A stretch of 62,687 nucleotides of DNA, counting the filler, from Rhabdomonas costata (Eukaryota): NCBI GenBank assembly GCA_019059605.1. It is 37 parts of 37 records of this genome, joined end to end, with 100 filler letters (N's around TTAATTAATTAA, not from the genome) between each part and the next. Parts side by side here need not be neighbours in the genome. Positions count along the whole stretch, not along the records: positions 61,093 to 62,687 come from JAHMHO010012333.1; 36 more parts are not named here. One strand, written 5' to 3'. Numbering within the stretch: the stretch's first letter is position 1; every line of letters begins with the position of its first letter. The translations under genes and the position numbers were made by a program. Under the pieces are notes generated by a model. It saw nothing but the letters and a program-made list of their open reading frames with translations, was not told the DNA's origin and did no database searches. Below are positions 62,631-62,687 of the stretch, piece by piece.

Positions 62631-62687
62631 GCTGTTGGGGCTGTTGATCCAACCGTCATACACAGCCTGAATCCTACACACCAAAAA

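Noticed and set aside
1-62687. Gene cluster or operon-like system across the window
   Set aside because: The contigs are unrelated and ordered by length, so adjacency carries no information.
1-62687. tRNA, rRNA or spliced-leader RNA genes
   Set aside because: None were recognised by eye. TTCGAATCC words near 5597 and 59263 lack cloverleaf context.

Overview
This window is not one locus. It is a pseudo-scaffold of 37 unrelated contigs of about 1.6 kb, joined by 36 artificial 100-nt spacers (N44-TTAATTAATTAA-N44), so neighbourhood across a spacer means nothing. The DNA is eukaryotic and intron-rich, most likely euglenozoan (euglenid- or diplonemid-like). That call is an inference from GC-rich short exons with weak GT donors, kinetoplastid-style adenylate cyclase and LRR exons, TTAGGG repeats, and AG acceptors 0-8 nt before start codons. 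G/T-rich contig starts, A/C-rich contig ends and terminal fold-backs suggest whole-genome-amplified (single-cell) material. Recognisable gene fragments are two protein kinases, a kinesin, two class III cyclases, a hemerythrin domain, tandem sushi/CCP exons, a cytochrome b5 domain, a mitochondrial carrier, an LRR protein, PPC decarboxylase, a MON2-like protein, an insulysin-like peptidase and an XPD/FANCJ-family helicase. Decayed Ty3/gypsy, RTE-like, CRE-like and Merlin-like elements are also present. Two observations stand out. (1) Contig 44124-45720 closes on itself as a 1470-bp unit, and both it and contig 1 carry a non-coding region packed with strand-specific GA-zipper/GNA-triloop hairpins next to an unrelated unique segment. 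This is a candidate family of minicircles or ssDNA replicons. (2) An intron-containing ORF at 37455-38534 fuses a Pif1-like helicase to an SLX1-like GIY-YIG nuclease. All family calls are by-eye motif recognition, and no searches were run.
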